This document shows, in pieces, positions 37,901 to 50,800 of a stretch of 64,000 nucleotides of DNA; the stretch's first letter is position 1, and every line of letters starts with the position of its first letter. The notes under the pieces were generated by a model that saw only the letters and a program-made list of their open reading frames with translations, had not been told where the DNA came from and made no database searches. The DNA is from Leptogorgia sarmentosa. Taxonomy: Eukaryota. The stretch covers positions 7,254,001 through 7,318,000 of the forward strand of contig OZ210884.1 of the NCBI GenBank assembly GCA_964658305.1, in the 5' to 3' direction. Position numbers and translations under genes: made by a program.

Positions 37901-40502
37901 ATTTTACCAAGTACATTCCAGCCTCTTTTGACCAGTCCAGGCCCCAGATAATTTCCCCCCTCTCCTCCCTGCTCCCTCTTGGCCTTGACCTTCATTACAG
38001 GTGTTAATTATGCGGATTAATGATTTTTTATTAAAATCTATAATGCTAGGAATTCCGGCTGGGTTATAGAATACCCGTCCACTTTTGAATCAGTGACTTG
38101 TTATCATGATACGATGATACGAAGTCAAAATGATCACGTAATGTAATGTATTGGAGTTTTTAAAAAGCCTGGCCAAGATACATTTTTTTTGTCATACGAT
38201 GACAGGAAGTGAAATGTGATATACCCGATAATTCAGATTTCAGAAAGCGCGCGTCAGCCTTCGTGATACGAATACGATCGTACGAAGTGAAAATTCATTA
38301 TGGATTAAGTCCACCATGTTTATGTCTTGTTCTTGAAAAGACAATCGTAAGCTCAAAATAATAATTCAAAATGCGATTCAGTACACATGTGTTTTAATCT
38401 AAAGAACAGCACCAGCACGCTAGTGAGGGTGAGGGTTAACAGTCTATTAGGGTTAGGAATAAATATAGTTGGATAGCAATTATATCCAATATATACAATC
38501 CGGATAATGCCCGGAATTACCACATCTACCTGGTCCGGAATTACCACATCTACCTGGACCAGCCTCGTACCCAGGCGCTTCTTAGCTTGGAGAGATTCAG
38601 GAAGAATCCACATAAATATATAGAGATCGGGCGCGAGCGCGCCCATGAACCCGTGCGCGCTCGCGCTCGATCTCTATATATTTGTCCGGATTCTAGCTAA
38701 TCTCTCTAAGCTAAGAAACGCCTGGGTACGAGGCTATACCTGGACAGACACTAATCGAGATTTCGACTCTACATAGACCCGCGCGAAAGACTGGGTCGAG
38801 TGACGTCAAGAATAGAGAAGAATAGATTGCATTGAATAAATTTATTTCCAACCTGGTCCTTGGATACAGTGGAATGCTCAACAAATATTTAATGTATGGG
38901 GATGTTTTATACTTCACTAACCTTGGCTGCCACAACATCAGCAATTATTTTATTCTCACTTGTTCCCATGTTGATAATACCCTGCAAAATTATCAATTAA
39001 TTTTATTGCAAACCATGCAAACTACAAGGGGGGGGGGGGGGGGGGTCTCAAAAACTCTAAAACAGTAAGATCAAGATGGTAAATTTGCATTAAATTCAGT
39101 GATCTCAGGCTTATATACCCCCTTCTGCACAATATATTGTAGGTATCATTCAACACATTTGAGCTAATGAAAAAATAACGAACTGAGGTGAACGAATGGT
39201 GGGATCATCCTGGGTAAAATAAAACCGAATTTGCTTGCTATTTGCTTGCAGTTCAGTGAGCTTTCCTATGCCACTGCAACTAGCCACTGAAATTTAATGT
39301 TTTGAGTACAGTACAATCATTGAATATTTGTTGCATTAGTTGAAAGATTGAATCATATTGCATTGTTGAGGTAGTGGGTGCTACCTTTGCTGTATTCACA
39401 TAGATACATCCCCCACACAAAGCACAGTGTAAGTGAGGCAGTATAACCTGCCGATAACTGTCATGTGTTTGTGATTACATTGGTTAGTACTTTGAAAGCC
39501 CGCCCTGTTGGACAACATCATCTGGATGATTGGTATTGAACAGAATACAATAAATAATGCAGTCCTATCACATACTATTTGCACTGTAGTTAGATGTTTG
39601 AACCTCAGTACATCACACCCAACTTGCACCAGGATTGATGCAGGTTGACATAATTTTTTTAACCAAAAATGCTTGGATTTGGGTGGATTGCCCCTTGCTG
39701 TTGTAAATATGTTAGCAGGTGGGGCTGTCCAAGGGCATCTTACTATGCACATCTGGTCTCAGTGGAAATTACCCATATATGGGCATATGGTATATGCATA
39801 TAATGATGATGTTGTGATTTCTGCCAGTATTATATTCTTGTACCATTAATTTTATGAGAATTTCGTTTCCAAAATGAATGAGACTCATGTAAACGTAGCC
39901 TTAGGTGAACACACAAGGTGTACCTATGATAGGAGTGACAGAGTGTAGCATTAAAAGAATGAATTTGCTAGTTTGAATAACCCATTACAGTATGCTTTCC
40001 CTATAACCTGTTGTAAGTTCATTACACCATGCTTTTCACCGTTAGTGCGTATAAATAAAATCAGTTGGAAACAGATATCAGAACTAATGCCTGTAAAAGA
40101 ATTGCAAGATACGAGTTGGACCATTAAAGTAGTTTTAAATAGATGCCGGTTCCGTGACAAAATTTAGCATTTGGCAATGAAATAATTGCTGCACTTGAGA
40201 TATTTCCTGGGATGCGAGTTGCACATACACAAGAATTCAAGAAAGCATATGCACAAATGGAGTGATATAAAACTATAAGAGCAACTTTATATAGATCAGT
40301 GGTTCCTCACTGCAACGTTTATCTTGTGCAAAATATTTGTTAATGATAAATTAATAATAATATTTATAATAATTACTTCAGGATTATTTTCCTTGTCATA
40401 AGGATTCGCCATGTAGGCCATCATGTACTCCATCAAAGGAAAATCCATGTCCCTGTAGCGCAGACATCTTTTAGACACGTTGCAATTATCATCGGATGCC
40501 AT
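31960..40502 (-). CDS. ACCS: 1-aminocyclopropane-1-carboxylate synthase-like protein (class I PLP-dependent), 14 exons, 427 aa
   Basis: Exons 40502-40377, 38981-38922, 37649-37585, 36891-36822, 36246-36180, 35999-35902, 35703-35626, 35087-34987, 34727-34638, 34024-33979, 33542-33432, 33308-33278, 32755-32459 and 32003-31960; all phase-consistent, 1284 nt. Motifs: NPEGIINMGTSENK, PTPYYAGF, NPQNPLG, ADEMY, WGFSKDFGLSGVR (PLP lysine) and EPGWYR. Confidence 0.92.
38560..38736. mobile_element. Hairpin (foldback) MITE, Mutator-like
   Basis: Near-complete palindrome AGCCTCGTACCCAGGCG...CGCCTGGGTACGAGGCT with a 9-bp TSD TACCTGGAC (38551-38559, 38737-38745). Confidence 0.85.
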
Positions 40503-42116
40503 AATGCTGTTGAATTCGCAGACTTGAATTCTCTGCACTGACTACCACTGACCTTATACTGTGTTAGTTCTGGGAAGGTGGGGTGACTATACCGACATGC
40601 ACCGCAGGAATGCCCGGTAAAATATACAGTTACATTCGATGATTCGAATACCTTAAATTCTCGTTTTAGCGCCGCGGCACTCATCCTGCGTGCGGCGCTT
40701 AATCGGGACCGGCGCTTAACAGAGAAGCAGCGCTAAACGAAATATCTCTTGAATCTTGAAAGCAAGGTGCCTCTGTTGCCAAGTGACCACTGACCACTGA
40801 CCAGTTAACTTCTGGTAACGAATCGCATGCAGGAGTGCGTACCACTGAACTTTACTATGGTCACGTTAAAAAGTAATTGCTCTTGTTCGATCAATATATT
40901 GAGTCTGTCTATTTTTGACTATAAAAAATCATGTTTTAGCTTTTTATTTCACGCATTCTTTTATAAATGATCATTTGAATACATTTGAATACAACCTTTG
41001 TGCATTTTCAAAACAGAACAGAAAAAAATATAAATATTATAATTAAAACACAATGCACGAATTACTAAGTTATTAATCAGGGATGATCATCATGATCGTC
41101 TTATATATAGCTATATGATCGAAGACGTCGCTATATCAATACCATCGCTTTGATCCTGTAGCACGAAAGAAATGAATAATTAAAAGTATAGCAGGATTTT
41201 AGACGTCGTCCAATCTCTCCGAACGCCAGAACGCACATATTTTCACGTCTCTTCACATTTCAAACGGAAACGGTGACAGGTTATTTTGTAGCAGACTTGA
41301 GCAACATTTCTCTAAAGGTTACATCGCTCTGTTTTATTCATTTGAAATTGTTAATGATGTCTATTCCAACTGTACCATTCATTTTAAAACACTTTGTTTA
41401 GCTATCGTACTAAAGTCGCTGTCCCATCTTTGTAATCGCTACAAATTTAACACCGAAAGCCAGAGGAGGGGAGAATTGCTATATCCGATAAAACACGGAC
41501 GCCAATTTTGAAAAAAGCTTGTGAAAACTCCTTAGTATTATGGATATATTGGCGAAGTATATAAACGACAAAATCAAGTTATATAACTTATATAACTTAT
41601 ATACAATCAAATCAACCAAAATCTCAACCACATAATATAGAGACCTAGCTTTCACGCTGATGATTTCTTTTGCGTTTTCTTAATGAATCATTAATTAAGA
41701 GGATATATACACAAGAGAATATATTCTCTAAACTTCTTGATTAGACTTTCAAAAATAGACTTGGACTTTGATATCGCCAGTGGCTTATTTCAAAGCTTTG
41801 GAGACAATTTCAGTCAATATTCAAACTTCAAACCTTTATTTAACCACGGTAAAAACTCACCAAATTTTACAAACAATTATACAAACAAATACACAAAGGA
41901 AGAAATGGACAGAGCCGTGGGGACAAAGATCGTATATAACAAAGTACTGCAGCCATTTTTGAATTGCGTTAGAGAGCTAGCCTTTCTTAGGTGAATATGA
42001 AGGCCGTTTCACAGCGTCGCACCACTATAAGCAAAACTATTCTTTAAATAATTGATGCGAGGCGTAGGAACAGAAGTATATTATCTTCGGAGTATATTAT
42101 AGCGGATTTCACTTAC

Positions 42117-42254
42117 CTTGGGGTTTTTTTCCCTGCAATAACGGTTCTCCGCGAATGTTAGGAATAACTCTGCTAATGGCGTACTTGTGTTTTTAAATCC
42201 ATATCCTCTGTCAGACAGAGTAGAAAGTCTTGATTTTTTGCTTTTGGAAGCCAT
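42117..42254 (-). CDS. ACCS: Putative alternative first coding exon of ACCS
   Basis: 46 codons, MASKSKKSRLSTLSDRGYGFKNTSTPLAELFLTFAENRYCREKNPK, ending at a perfect AAG|GTAAGT phase-0 donor. Homologous to exon 40502-40377 and in frame with exon 2 (GIINMGTSENK). Confidence 0.72.
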
Positions 42255-42777
42255 AAACAAAGTATAATCTTGTCAAAAACACAGTTTAAGATCCACTGAA
42301 AATTACAGCTTCTTTTTTGGCTGAAGAACCTTCAAACAATTTCTGTCAAGAATTGTTGTATAGCCATAAAAGATAATCATAAACTAATGAAAGTCAATGT
42401 ACACGGATTGTTTACTGCATAAAGCTAGAATACGATACTTAAATATTGAAACACGTGGTGGCATCCCGGATAAAGATCGAAATCGGATATTATATATTCA
42501 TATATCCGTGAATCGAGTGTGGATTTCTAATGTCATGTCTTCATATTTGCATCACAAAATAAGGGGCTGTGGAATTCACGGGGGCCGTGGAATTCGTGGG
42601 GGCCGTGAAGGGGGGCGGGCTAAAATTGTTTCTACAGCAGTAACCAGTTATATCCTTAATGAATACTATGGATTATTATGACCTAGCTATATTCCAGCAA
42701 AGCAAGGTAAGGCAAATCGGCCTGTTTGTCAGTTTAATGGGATATCCTCTGAAGGAAAATCCCAGCTAATGTAAAAA

Positions 42778-45700
42778 AAGTACTGTTGTACTATTGGATC
42801 AGGAACTGGTGGAGTCTCTACACAAAGTGCCCACTTCTCAAATGACACGATCTCATTTTGACCTGCATTACTCTATGAATATTAATGATATGAAGATTTG
42901 CACTCTACGCTACAATCTAAAATTGCTTTTAAATCTCCTACAGATTAAAACATCATAAATCTAACTTCGTCAATCGATGGAGAATATCCCTGATAATCAT
43001 TGTGCAGAATCTTGTCGCGATGTTATACGAACTGATGGAGCCTTAGAGGTTTTAACCTGCTTTGGTTATGCAATTAATTTTGAATATTGTGAATGCCGAT
43101 TAGTACGGGCCAGTACGGCACAATTTAAAATCGCTTGTAAATTTCTTCAAAATCAAAAAATCAAAAATCTAACTCCGTCAGTCGATGGGGAATATCCTAT
43201 CTTAGAATCGCTGTGTGAAGTTTCACGGCGATCTCTTGCGAATTGACGGAGTCTTAGGATTTTCAAAGAGGCATCAGCCCCTAACACTTAACAACAACAA
43301 GAAGATTAAGATTAGCAGCGTTTGGGGACCAGTTCTTGGTCCAAAAATTCCACATATACACATTTAGATATGAAGATTTCCAGTCTCGATTTTTACGGTG
43401 CACGATAGTTGACTCGCCCTCACCACTTTCACCTCAAAATTAATCTTCACTCGAAATTTCATAGCTAAATGGGTTTTTTTAGTGACCGATAAAATTAGGG
43501 GACAATCCCGGTGTTTCAAGTGGTTATCCATTGCAGGGAGAATCCCTAGCTCGGAACCAGAAATCCCCTCTGTCTATGATTAATGAATTAGTTTCAGCAA
43601 TAATGAGTCACCTGCATGTTAAACTTTATAAACTTTCGCTCTTATATTTGACCACCCTCATGGATCTATCATTACTCTATGAATATTAATGATATGAAGA
43701 TTTGCACGCTACAATCTAAATTTGCTTTTAAATCTCCTACAGATTAAAACATCATAAATCTAACTTCGTCAGTCGATGGAGAATATCCCTGATAATCATT
43801 GTGCAAAATCTTCTCGCGATGTGATACGAACTGACGGAGCCTTAGTGGTTTTAACCTGCTTTGGTTATGCAATTAATTTTGAATATTGTGAATGCCGGTT
43901 CAGTAGTACGGGCCGGTACGGCACAATTTAAAATCGCTTGTAAATTTATTCAAAATCAAAAAATCAAAAATCTAACTCCGTCAGTCGATGGGGAATATCC
44001 CTTAGAATCGCTGTGTGAAGTTTCACGGCGGTCTCTTGCGAATTGACGGAGCGTTAGGGTTTTTCAAAGAGGCATCAGCCCCTAACAACAACAAGAAGAT
44101 GATTAGCAGCGTTTGGGGACCAGTTCTTGGTCCAAAAATTCCACATATACATGAACATTTAGATATGAAGATTTTCCAGTCTCGATTTTTACGGTGCACG
44201 ATAGTTGACTCGCCCTCACCACTTTCATGAACCTCAGAATTAATCTTCACTCGAAATTTCATGGCTAAATGGGGTTTTTTCAGTGACCGATAAAATTAGG
44301 GGACAATCCCGGTGTTTCAAGTGGTTATCCATTGAAGGGAGAATCCCTAGCTCGGAACCAGAAATCCCCTCTGTCTATGATTAATGAATTAGTTTCAGCA
44401 ATAATGAGTCACCTGCATGTTAAACTTTATAAACTTTCGCTATAAACTTTCGCTCTTATATTTAATCCCCAAATATTTGATCCACCCTCATGCACCAACT
44501 ATATGAACTCACATAGAATTCTCGGGCTCAGACATTAGGAATCTGCATTCCGCAGAAAAGCACTCGTATGCAAAATTCGAATTCCGAAACTTTGAATGCA
44601 TGACCGTTACTGAAAAAGTGACGCTCTGATTTCCAGCTGTGCTTAAATGGGGCCGTTATCCTTAATCAAAAGTAGAGAATATTAAAATTATGGGGAAATC
44701 CCAGTATTCAAGGGGGAGAGTCCCTTCTCCGGGGAGAATCTCTTCACAACCGATCGGATTCCCCTATTTTTTTAATATTAATTAATAATTACGTGGTACA
44801 CCTTTATAAATTGTTCGCTCACAAATCACCGAGTCAATCCTCTCGCTTCGTTCATTGAAGATAGGATCAAACGTTAACCAGGACAAGGTTGGCATTTTTT
44901 ATAAGTTGTTATAGAATTATTAGCTTTTTAGGTGCACAATGTACAGTACAGTGTGTACAAAAGCTGTACATAGTGTAATATATATCCTCATTTTATTCCT
45001 AATACATGCAGTGCGCCCTATGCAAAAGAGAACCCCCCTTGGTGTTCAGAGAAATAAGGATGAGTTGAATAAAGAGCAAATTGTAAATATACGTTTGTAG
45101 CGTATAATTAATAATAATTTCCTGTAATTGTAAATATACGTTATGAGCGTCAAATAAAGAATAATTTCCTATAATGTTCACAAGACATAGCTAATTCAAT
45201 TTTGAAAGGGTTTAGCTTTTTGGACCAGGAACTGGTCCCCAAACGCTGCTAATCTTGTTGTTGCTGTTGTTGTTGTTGTTAGGGGCTGATGCTTCGGAAG
45301 GCTCCGTCAATTCGCAAGAGATCGCCGTGAAACTTCACACAGCGATTCTAAGGGATATTCCCCATCGACTGACGGAGTTAGATTTTTGATTTTTTGATTT
45401 TGAAGAAATTTACAAGCGATTTTAAATTGTGCCGTACCGGCCCGTACTATTCGGTATTCACAATATTCAAATTTAGTTGCATAACCAAAGCAGGTTAAAA
45501 CCACTAAGGCTCCGTCAGTTCGTATGTATAACATGGCGACAGGATTTTGCACAATGATTATCAGGGATATTCTCCATCGACTGACGAAGTTAAGATTTAT
45601 GATGTTTTAATCTGTAGGAGATTTAAAAGCAATTTTAGATTGTAGCGTAGAGTGGAAACCTTCATATCATTAATATTCATAGAGTAATGCAGGTCAAAAT

Positions 45701-45888
45701 GAGATCGTGTCATTTTCTTTGATTCAGCTGCACAATAGTGTGGTCATAATCTGGTGACTTGAGCGTTCCTTTAGGGAATAAATAAAACTATCTAGTCTTT
45801 TATTTGCGTTATTGCTGCACATGCATATGAATAGAAAATGCATCCACCAGACTCCACTAGTTCGTGGTCCAATAGTACAACCGTACTT
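42778..45888. repeat. Interspersed repeat in three copies: two direct (about 42865-43660 and 43670-44465) and one inverted (about 45218-45888)
   Basis: Near-identical sequence blocks with two internal subrepeats, an (AAC)n tract and a terminal hairpin GGACCAG-TTC-TTGGTCC. The same 81-89 aa ORF recurs in each copy. Confidence 0.85.
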
Positions 45889-46082
45889 GTTATATTATAT
45901 ATACTGCAGGGTATACCTGAGTTTCTTGGGGTATCCCCCAGAAAAATCCCCTCAAGGGAATTTGTTATCAACATTAATTATATTATTGCTTTCTATGTTG
46001 CTAAATGTAAAAAAAATTCAGTATAAGTAACATGCACGTTTTCCGCATCCATTCTTTTTTGTTATTGCAGCTGCAAAATATA

Positions 46083-47267
46083 ATGGCGCAAAAGGAGCAC
46101 TCAATACCTGAAGATGAACCACTGGACGATAGTTTGAAAGAAGTACTAAGAGAAAAAATTCAGCAGTGCATAGCAACACGTAAAAAAACTATTGAAATAT
46201 TAAGAAAAAAGGCCGAAGTAGCTGACAAAATACACCAGGGATGTTGTCTATCAAACCGGAATGCGAGTTTGACTGGTGTATTCGGAGGGACAGTCGGAAT
46301 GTTAGCTGGCGCGGCAACATTTGCCTCTGGGGGTCTTGCAGCACCATTTGTAATTGCCAGTCTTACAAGTATTGGAACTGCATGTTCTGTAGGTGGTGGA
46401 GCATGGTCGATAAAGAACGAAGTTGAACGTGGCAAACGTAACAGCACTACTCAGGAGGAAATCATTCGGCAGCTGGAAAAAGACGTGGAGGCCCAGAACC
46501 AAATGAACGACATTTTAAACAGCATGGAAAATGGTGATTTTGGTGAGCCCTCTCGTGTATTCCGTCAATTGCACACTATCCTAGCTGGGTTAGGTGGGAT
46601 AGGAATGATATACGGTTCAGCTGCCGCTATTGACATACTCAGATTAGCACTTCCGCCACTGGCATATTTTCTTACGGGCAGTACACACGCAGTTGTGTTG
46701 AGCTTGTTGCAATATTTGCCAATTATATCTGGAAAGGGTGCATTGGAAGGGATGGAGGAAGTAGCTGAGCAGAGCGCATCGTTGGCTGTTAAAGGTATGT
46801 ATGACGGGTTTTCTAAGGACTTTGTTCGGCGAGAAGCAACGAAGGCTGCCCACAAAGCATACAAAGAAGTGTCCCAGAAAGTATACAAAGAGGTGTTGGA
46901 GGAGACAATGGAAAAGGCGGCTAAGCAAGCAGCTAAAAGGGCCGCAGAAAAAGTTGGAAGCACTGCAGCAAAGGAATCCGCAAAAAAAGCCGCAAGAGAA
47001 GCCGCGAAGGAGGCCGCTGCCGCAGCTGCAAAGGAATCGGGCAGAAAAGCAGCAAGAGATGTTGCTTCCAAAGTTGCACAACAACAAGCAAAAATAGCTG
47101 CAAGAGCGACTGGAATGATAACAATCGGTTTTGGTGCCCTTTCGTCTTTATGGGAGGGATATAACGCTTACTACAACCATTATGCATCGCAAGAAGGATC
47201 AGAGCTGGGAAAAGAATTGCGTTCCTTGGCTGACAAGTTGCAAGAACGCTTAGAAGAGTTTAACTAA
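46083..47267 (+). CDS. Apolipoprotein L-like protein (394 aa from the ATG at 46083), single coding exon
   Basis: IEILRKKAEVADKIHQGCCLSN..ASLTGVFGGTVGMLAGAATFASGGLAAP..IGTACSVGGG follows the APOL pattern, and the C-terminus has GSELGKELRSLADKLQERL. A splice acceptor (TTGTTATTGCAG, ending at 46070) just before the ATG suggests an upstream exon. Confidence 0.75.
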   Translation: MAQKEHSIPEDEPLDDSLKEVLREKIQQCIATRKKTIEILRKKAEVADKIHQGCCLSNRNASLTGVFGGTVGMLAGAATFASGGLAAPFVIASLTSIGTACSVGGGAWSIKNEVERGKRNSTTQEEIIRQLEKDVEAQNQMNDILNSMENGDFGEPSRVFRQLHTILAGLGGIGMIYGSAAAIDILRLALPPLAYFLTGSTHAVVLSLLQYLPIISGKGALEGMEEVAEQSASLAVKGMYDGFSKDFVRREATKAAHKAYKEVSQKVYKEVLEETMEKAAKQAAKRAAEKVGSTAAKESAKKAAREAAKEAAAAAAKESGRKAARDVASKVAQQQAKIAARATGMITIGFGALSSLWEGYNAYYNHYASQEGSELGKELRSLADKLQERLEEFN

Positions 47268-47897
47268 TTGGCTAGAAGCGAATTACAAACCCAGCAAAAA
47301 TTATCATTGTGGACATGCAGTGCCTATCGGAAACACCGACCAGAATCTCAGTTGCACAAAATAGACTCTCCAGTAGACGCACTCATGTAGCACTTACTTC
47401 ACCACAGTAACAAGTAGTTTTATTTATTAATAATAACTGACTTTTAATTTAAATATTACACAAAAAAATGAACAACTTGCTAACGTCTATCGTCATGAAA
47501 TGGATTTCACTACGTGGAATTAAGTTCTTTAAAGTAATCAACATTTTAAAGGATCTTCACCAAATGATAATAAACACATTATAAACACTTAGTATCACAT
47601 CTCTTCATTGACAATGTTTGACGAAACAACTCTCACCATAAAAAATAATTTGGATGTAGCTAGAGGGTTAAATGGGGGTGTATATTAATATTATTCATGT
47701 TTTGCCCAAAGGATTTCTAATGAAATTAATTAAAAAACTACCAATTCCAAAAGAAATCAGTCGGGCAGAATACGAATACATAAATATACCTCCCCCCCCC
47801 CCCCCCCCTAATTAACGCTCTGGCTACAAGCCCTGAATTTGAAATTCTTCACAGGAGAAACCATAATTGAAAAAAGAAACATTGTTTCCTGATTGAA

Positions 47898-50800
47898 TCA
47901 AACTAAAAGTTGTGTTGCGTATTCACGTCCTTCATATGGAAACGTATCAACAGGAGCAAACAAGTCACCATCTGGGAGTCTGGAAACGAATGACAACGAA
48001 CAATTATACAAACAATTGAAACAAGAAAAGTTTCATTAACAAGACAATCAATAACATCAAAAATATCGATCAACGATATTAGGTCTTGAGGTCAAAAACC
48101 CCATTCTTGAACAAATAAGCAAATCCAGCCTTTCAAGAGCTCAACATCCTTATTACAGAAATTTAACTATGCGCCTTATCAACGCGGATTTTGAAAATTA
48201 GTTCAATGTTAATTCATGCTACGTGTTTATGCTGTATTGATTTTTAAGGCGACATTTTTTTAATGTAATCCGCATTAATTAGATGACTTTTTAATCCATG
48301 TCGCGTCATCGTTAATTTCCTGTAATAAGGAATTTCGTCTCAATGGCCCTCATGAGTGAAGTTTCAACAGCAGACAATTCAACTTACAAGAAATCGTCAT
48401 CTTCGTCTCTCTCCTCCATGTTCAACTTGGGAATGGTACCAAATAGTGCTGTAATACTACTGTTGTTGCCAAGTTTTAATAGGCCAGCACAGAAGCAGCG
48501 ACCCATTTCTTCAAGTTCTTTCGTTCCAATATGAAAGCCCTGAAAATAGTTTGGAAAAATAGTTTGCAAAGACTTCGCTCATACTTTGCAATTAACATAC
48601 CATATACTAGGGAAATATCTTTATGGTTACTGTTTTTACGGCCCATTTTCAGGGCCATTTTCTCGACGTTGTTTAAGAGTCGCGGCCATAGATATCTCAT
48701 ATAAAATAGCATCTGGGCATAAAAGTGAAGCCAAAAATTTCAGCGGTACTCCTCATGAGAATGGGCGGCGGCCATATTGGTCGTTCCCATAGCTATCTCT
48801 ATGGTTGCCGCTAGCGGACAGCCCCTTATTACTACTATAGTTAAGCCAGGTCAGTTACGACTTGTACTTGAATGAGTGGCGGCCAGTTAATGGTCGTGCA
48901 GCTATTTGAGTAGAATTTAGCTGGTCTCGCTTGCGCTTGGGATTTTTCTCCAGGTACCACGTTTTTTCTCCCACCATAAAACCAACCTCTTGGAATTTAA
49001 TTAAGGGCCACTGGTTTATCAGTCTCAAATCCTGTCAAGTGTCTATAAATTAGGCTAGTTTGTTTAATATAACTTAAGAGGCGGATTTACTGCTAAGCAA
49101 TGGAGAGTTTACCTTGTATGGGCCTTGATCTGTTCCACAATATGTACTTTCCATTGTGTAACTTCTGGTTACCCCTAATTCTCTCCATACGACAACTCTG
49201 GCAGTTGACTCTTTGGACGACTCTACAGCAAAACTACAACTTTGAAAGGAGAAGGCCGGTGCAAGGGAATGAAGAAGTCTCGGTAATGTCTACATGTGAA
49301 CAAAAAAGTATGATTGACCTTAAAAAAGTAGACACGACAAAACGAATTTACAATGTACAACGCACTGATATAACACAACAGTAGCACGGAGGAATCATTT
49401 TTACAGAGATGTCTCTGAGCTAAAAATTGCCAAAAAAAAACCCCGTAAGCTGTATATTGTTTTTGTGAGGTACGCATGTGCAGTGACTTGCTAACGGCCA
49501 AACGGAAATATGTTACGTTCTTTTTGCTAAGAGAGATCTAAAAATGTGTGTAAATTTCTGAACAATAAATAATTATTTAGATGTAATATTAGGCGCAAAG
49601 GGACAATCACAGTCATGAATTTTCACCAGAAGTGATGCCCGATTGGTTTTACATATCTTTTTTCACCCAACATTCTCGAGTTTGTTTTGAATTATTTTTC
49701 CAGAAAGACTACTTAAACCTACATTGCTAGCGGGTTTCAATAGCTTACATGCCTAAATTACCTGGTGATAATTTGTTTCCCTCGAAGCTTCACCGACATT
49801 CGAAGAATCTGATTCTGAACCAGATGTGACGATTGTGACCGGAAGATCAACCGTTGGATTATGACAGCCATACATGAAAACATTTTTCTTCCGTGAATGA
49901 CCATGGAAATCACAAAATACCTGGTGTTTATTGAACAAAATATTTTGGCTGAGTCTTCAATTAAGTTCCAAACCTTTGATAGTCCCTGCCCGCTCGCAAG
50001 GGAAAAGCAATCTCGTATTTCACTTTTCGGAATTCTCGTATTGTTGTTAATTAAAGGAGTTTTTGAAAGCGAAATTTGTTTTACAATTTGTAAACCTATA
50101 CAAGTGGAGAAAACTAAACAAACATGCAACCAGCGAAAAAAAAAGATGGCGACATGTTGACTTTAAAAATAGTTATTGTTGATGTAATTTTCTCTCTGTA
50201 AAGCAACGTTCTCCCTAAAAAATATCACGTTTTCTGTCCGGGAAAGAGCATGACAAAATCGACATGGCGATTACAGTAGTTAGGGATCTGTTCACGACAA
50301 CAGAGTCTGATAAAACCATTAAATATCATCAAAGGAAAGCCAATAATCAACAAATTATCATGTTAGTATGAATATTACATGCCATTCCTTACCAAAGGTT
50401 TTCTGTTCATTGCTTGCAAGTAAAGCAACAATCCTTTGGTATGATAGATAGTTGGAAATAGAACAGGATCAGGATCGATCCATTGTCTGTTGAGATCAGC
50501 GCCAGATAACGAACAACGATGGCTAGATGTGAGAAATATGGGTTTATAATGGACATTATTATATGGCAGACATAAATGGCGCACGCTGATTGGTTGATTA
50601 GCGGTCCGGAAAAAGTCATCTTGCCCGCTCAGGAAAGTCATCTTGCCCGCTCGTGAAACTATTATACAAATAAAATTTTTAAGAAAACTAAATCTTATTA
50701 TGCCGTACCGTGACGTTGAAGAACACTCCCCGATTGAATTTTACTGTCCCAGAAAAACACACGACCCAAAATGCTGAGTTTTAAAGTGAAAATAACGGCG

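Noticed and set aside
41737..41994. 85-aa ORF with TKIVYNKVLQPFL, faintly REEP-like
   Set aside because: Only a short motif, with no other REEP features or supporting exons.
42977..43246. Recurrent 81-89 aa ORF (also 43861-44046 and 45307-45552)
   Set aside because: It recurs because the repeat is copied; indels between copies break the frame.
46160..47187. Several long antisense and alternate-frame ORFs inside the APOL-like gene
   Set aside because: Expected from Ala/Lys-rich GCN codon bias, which depletes stop codons.
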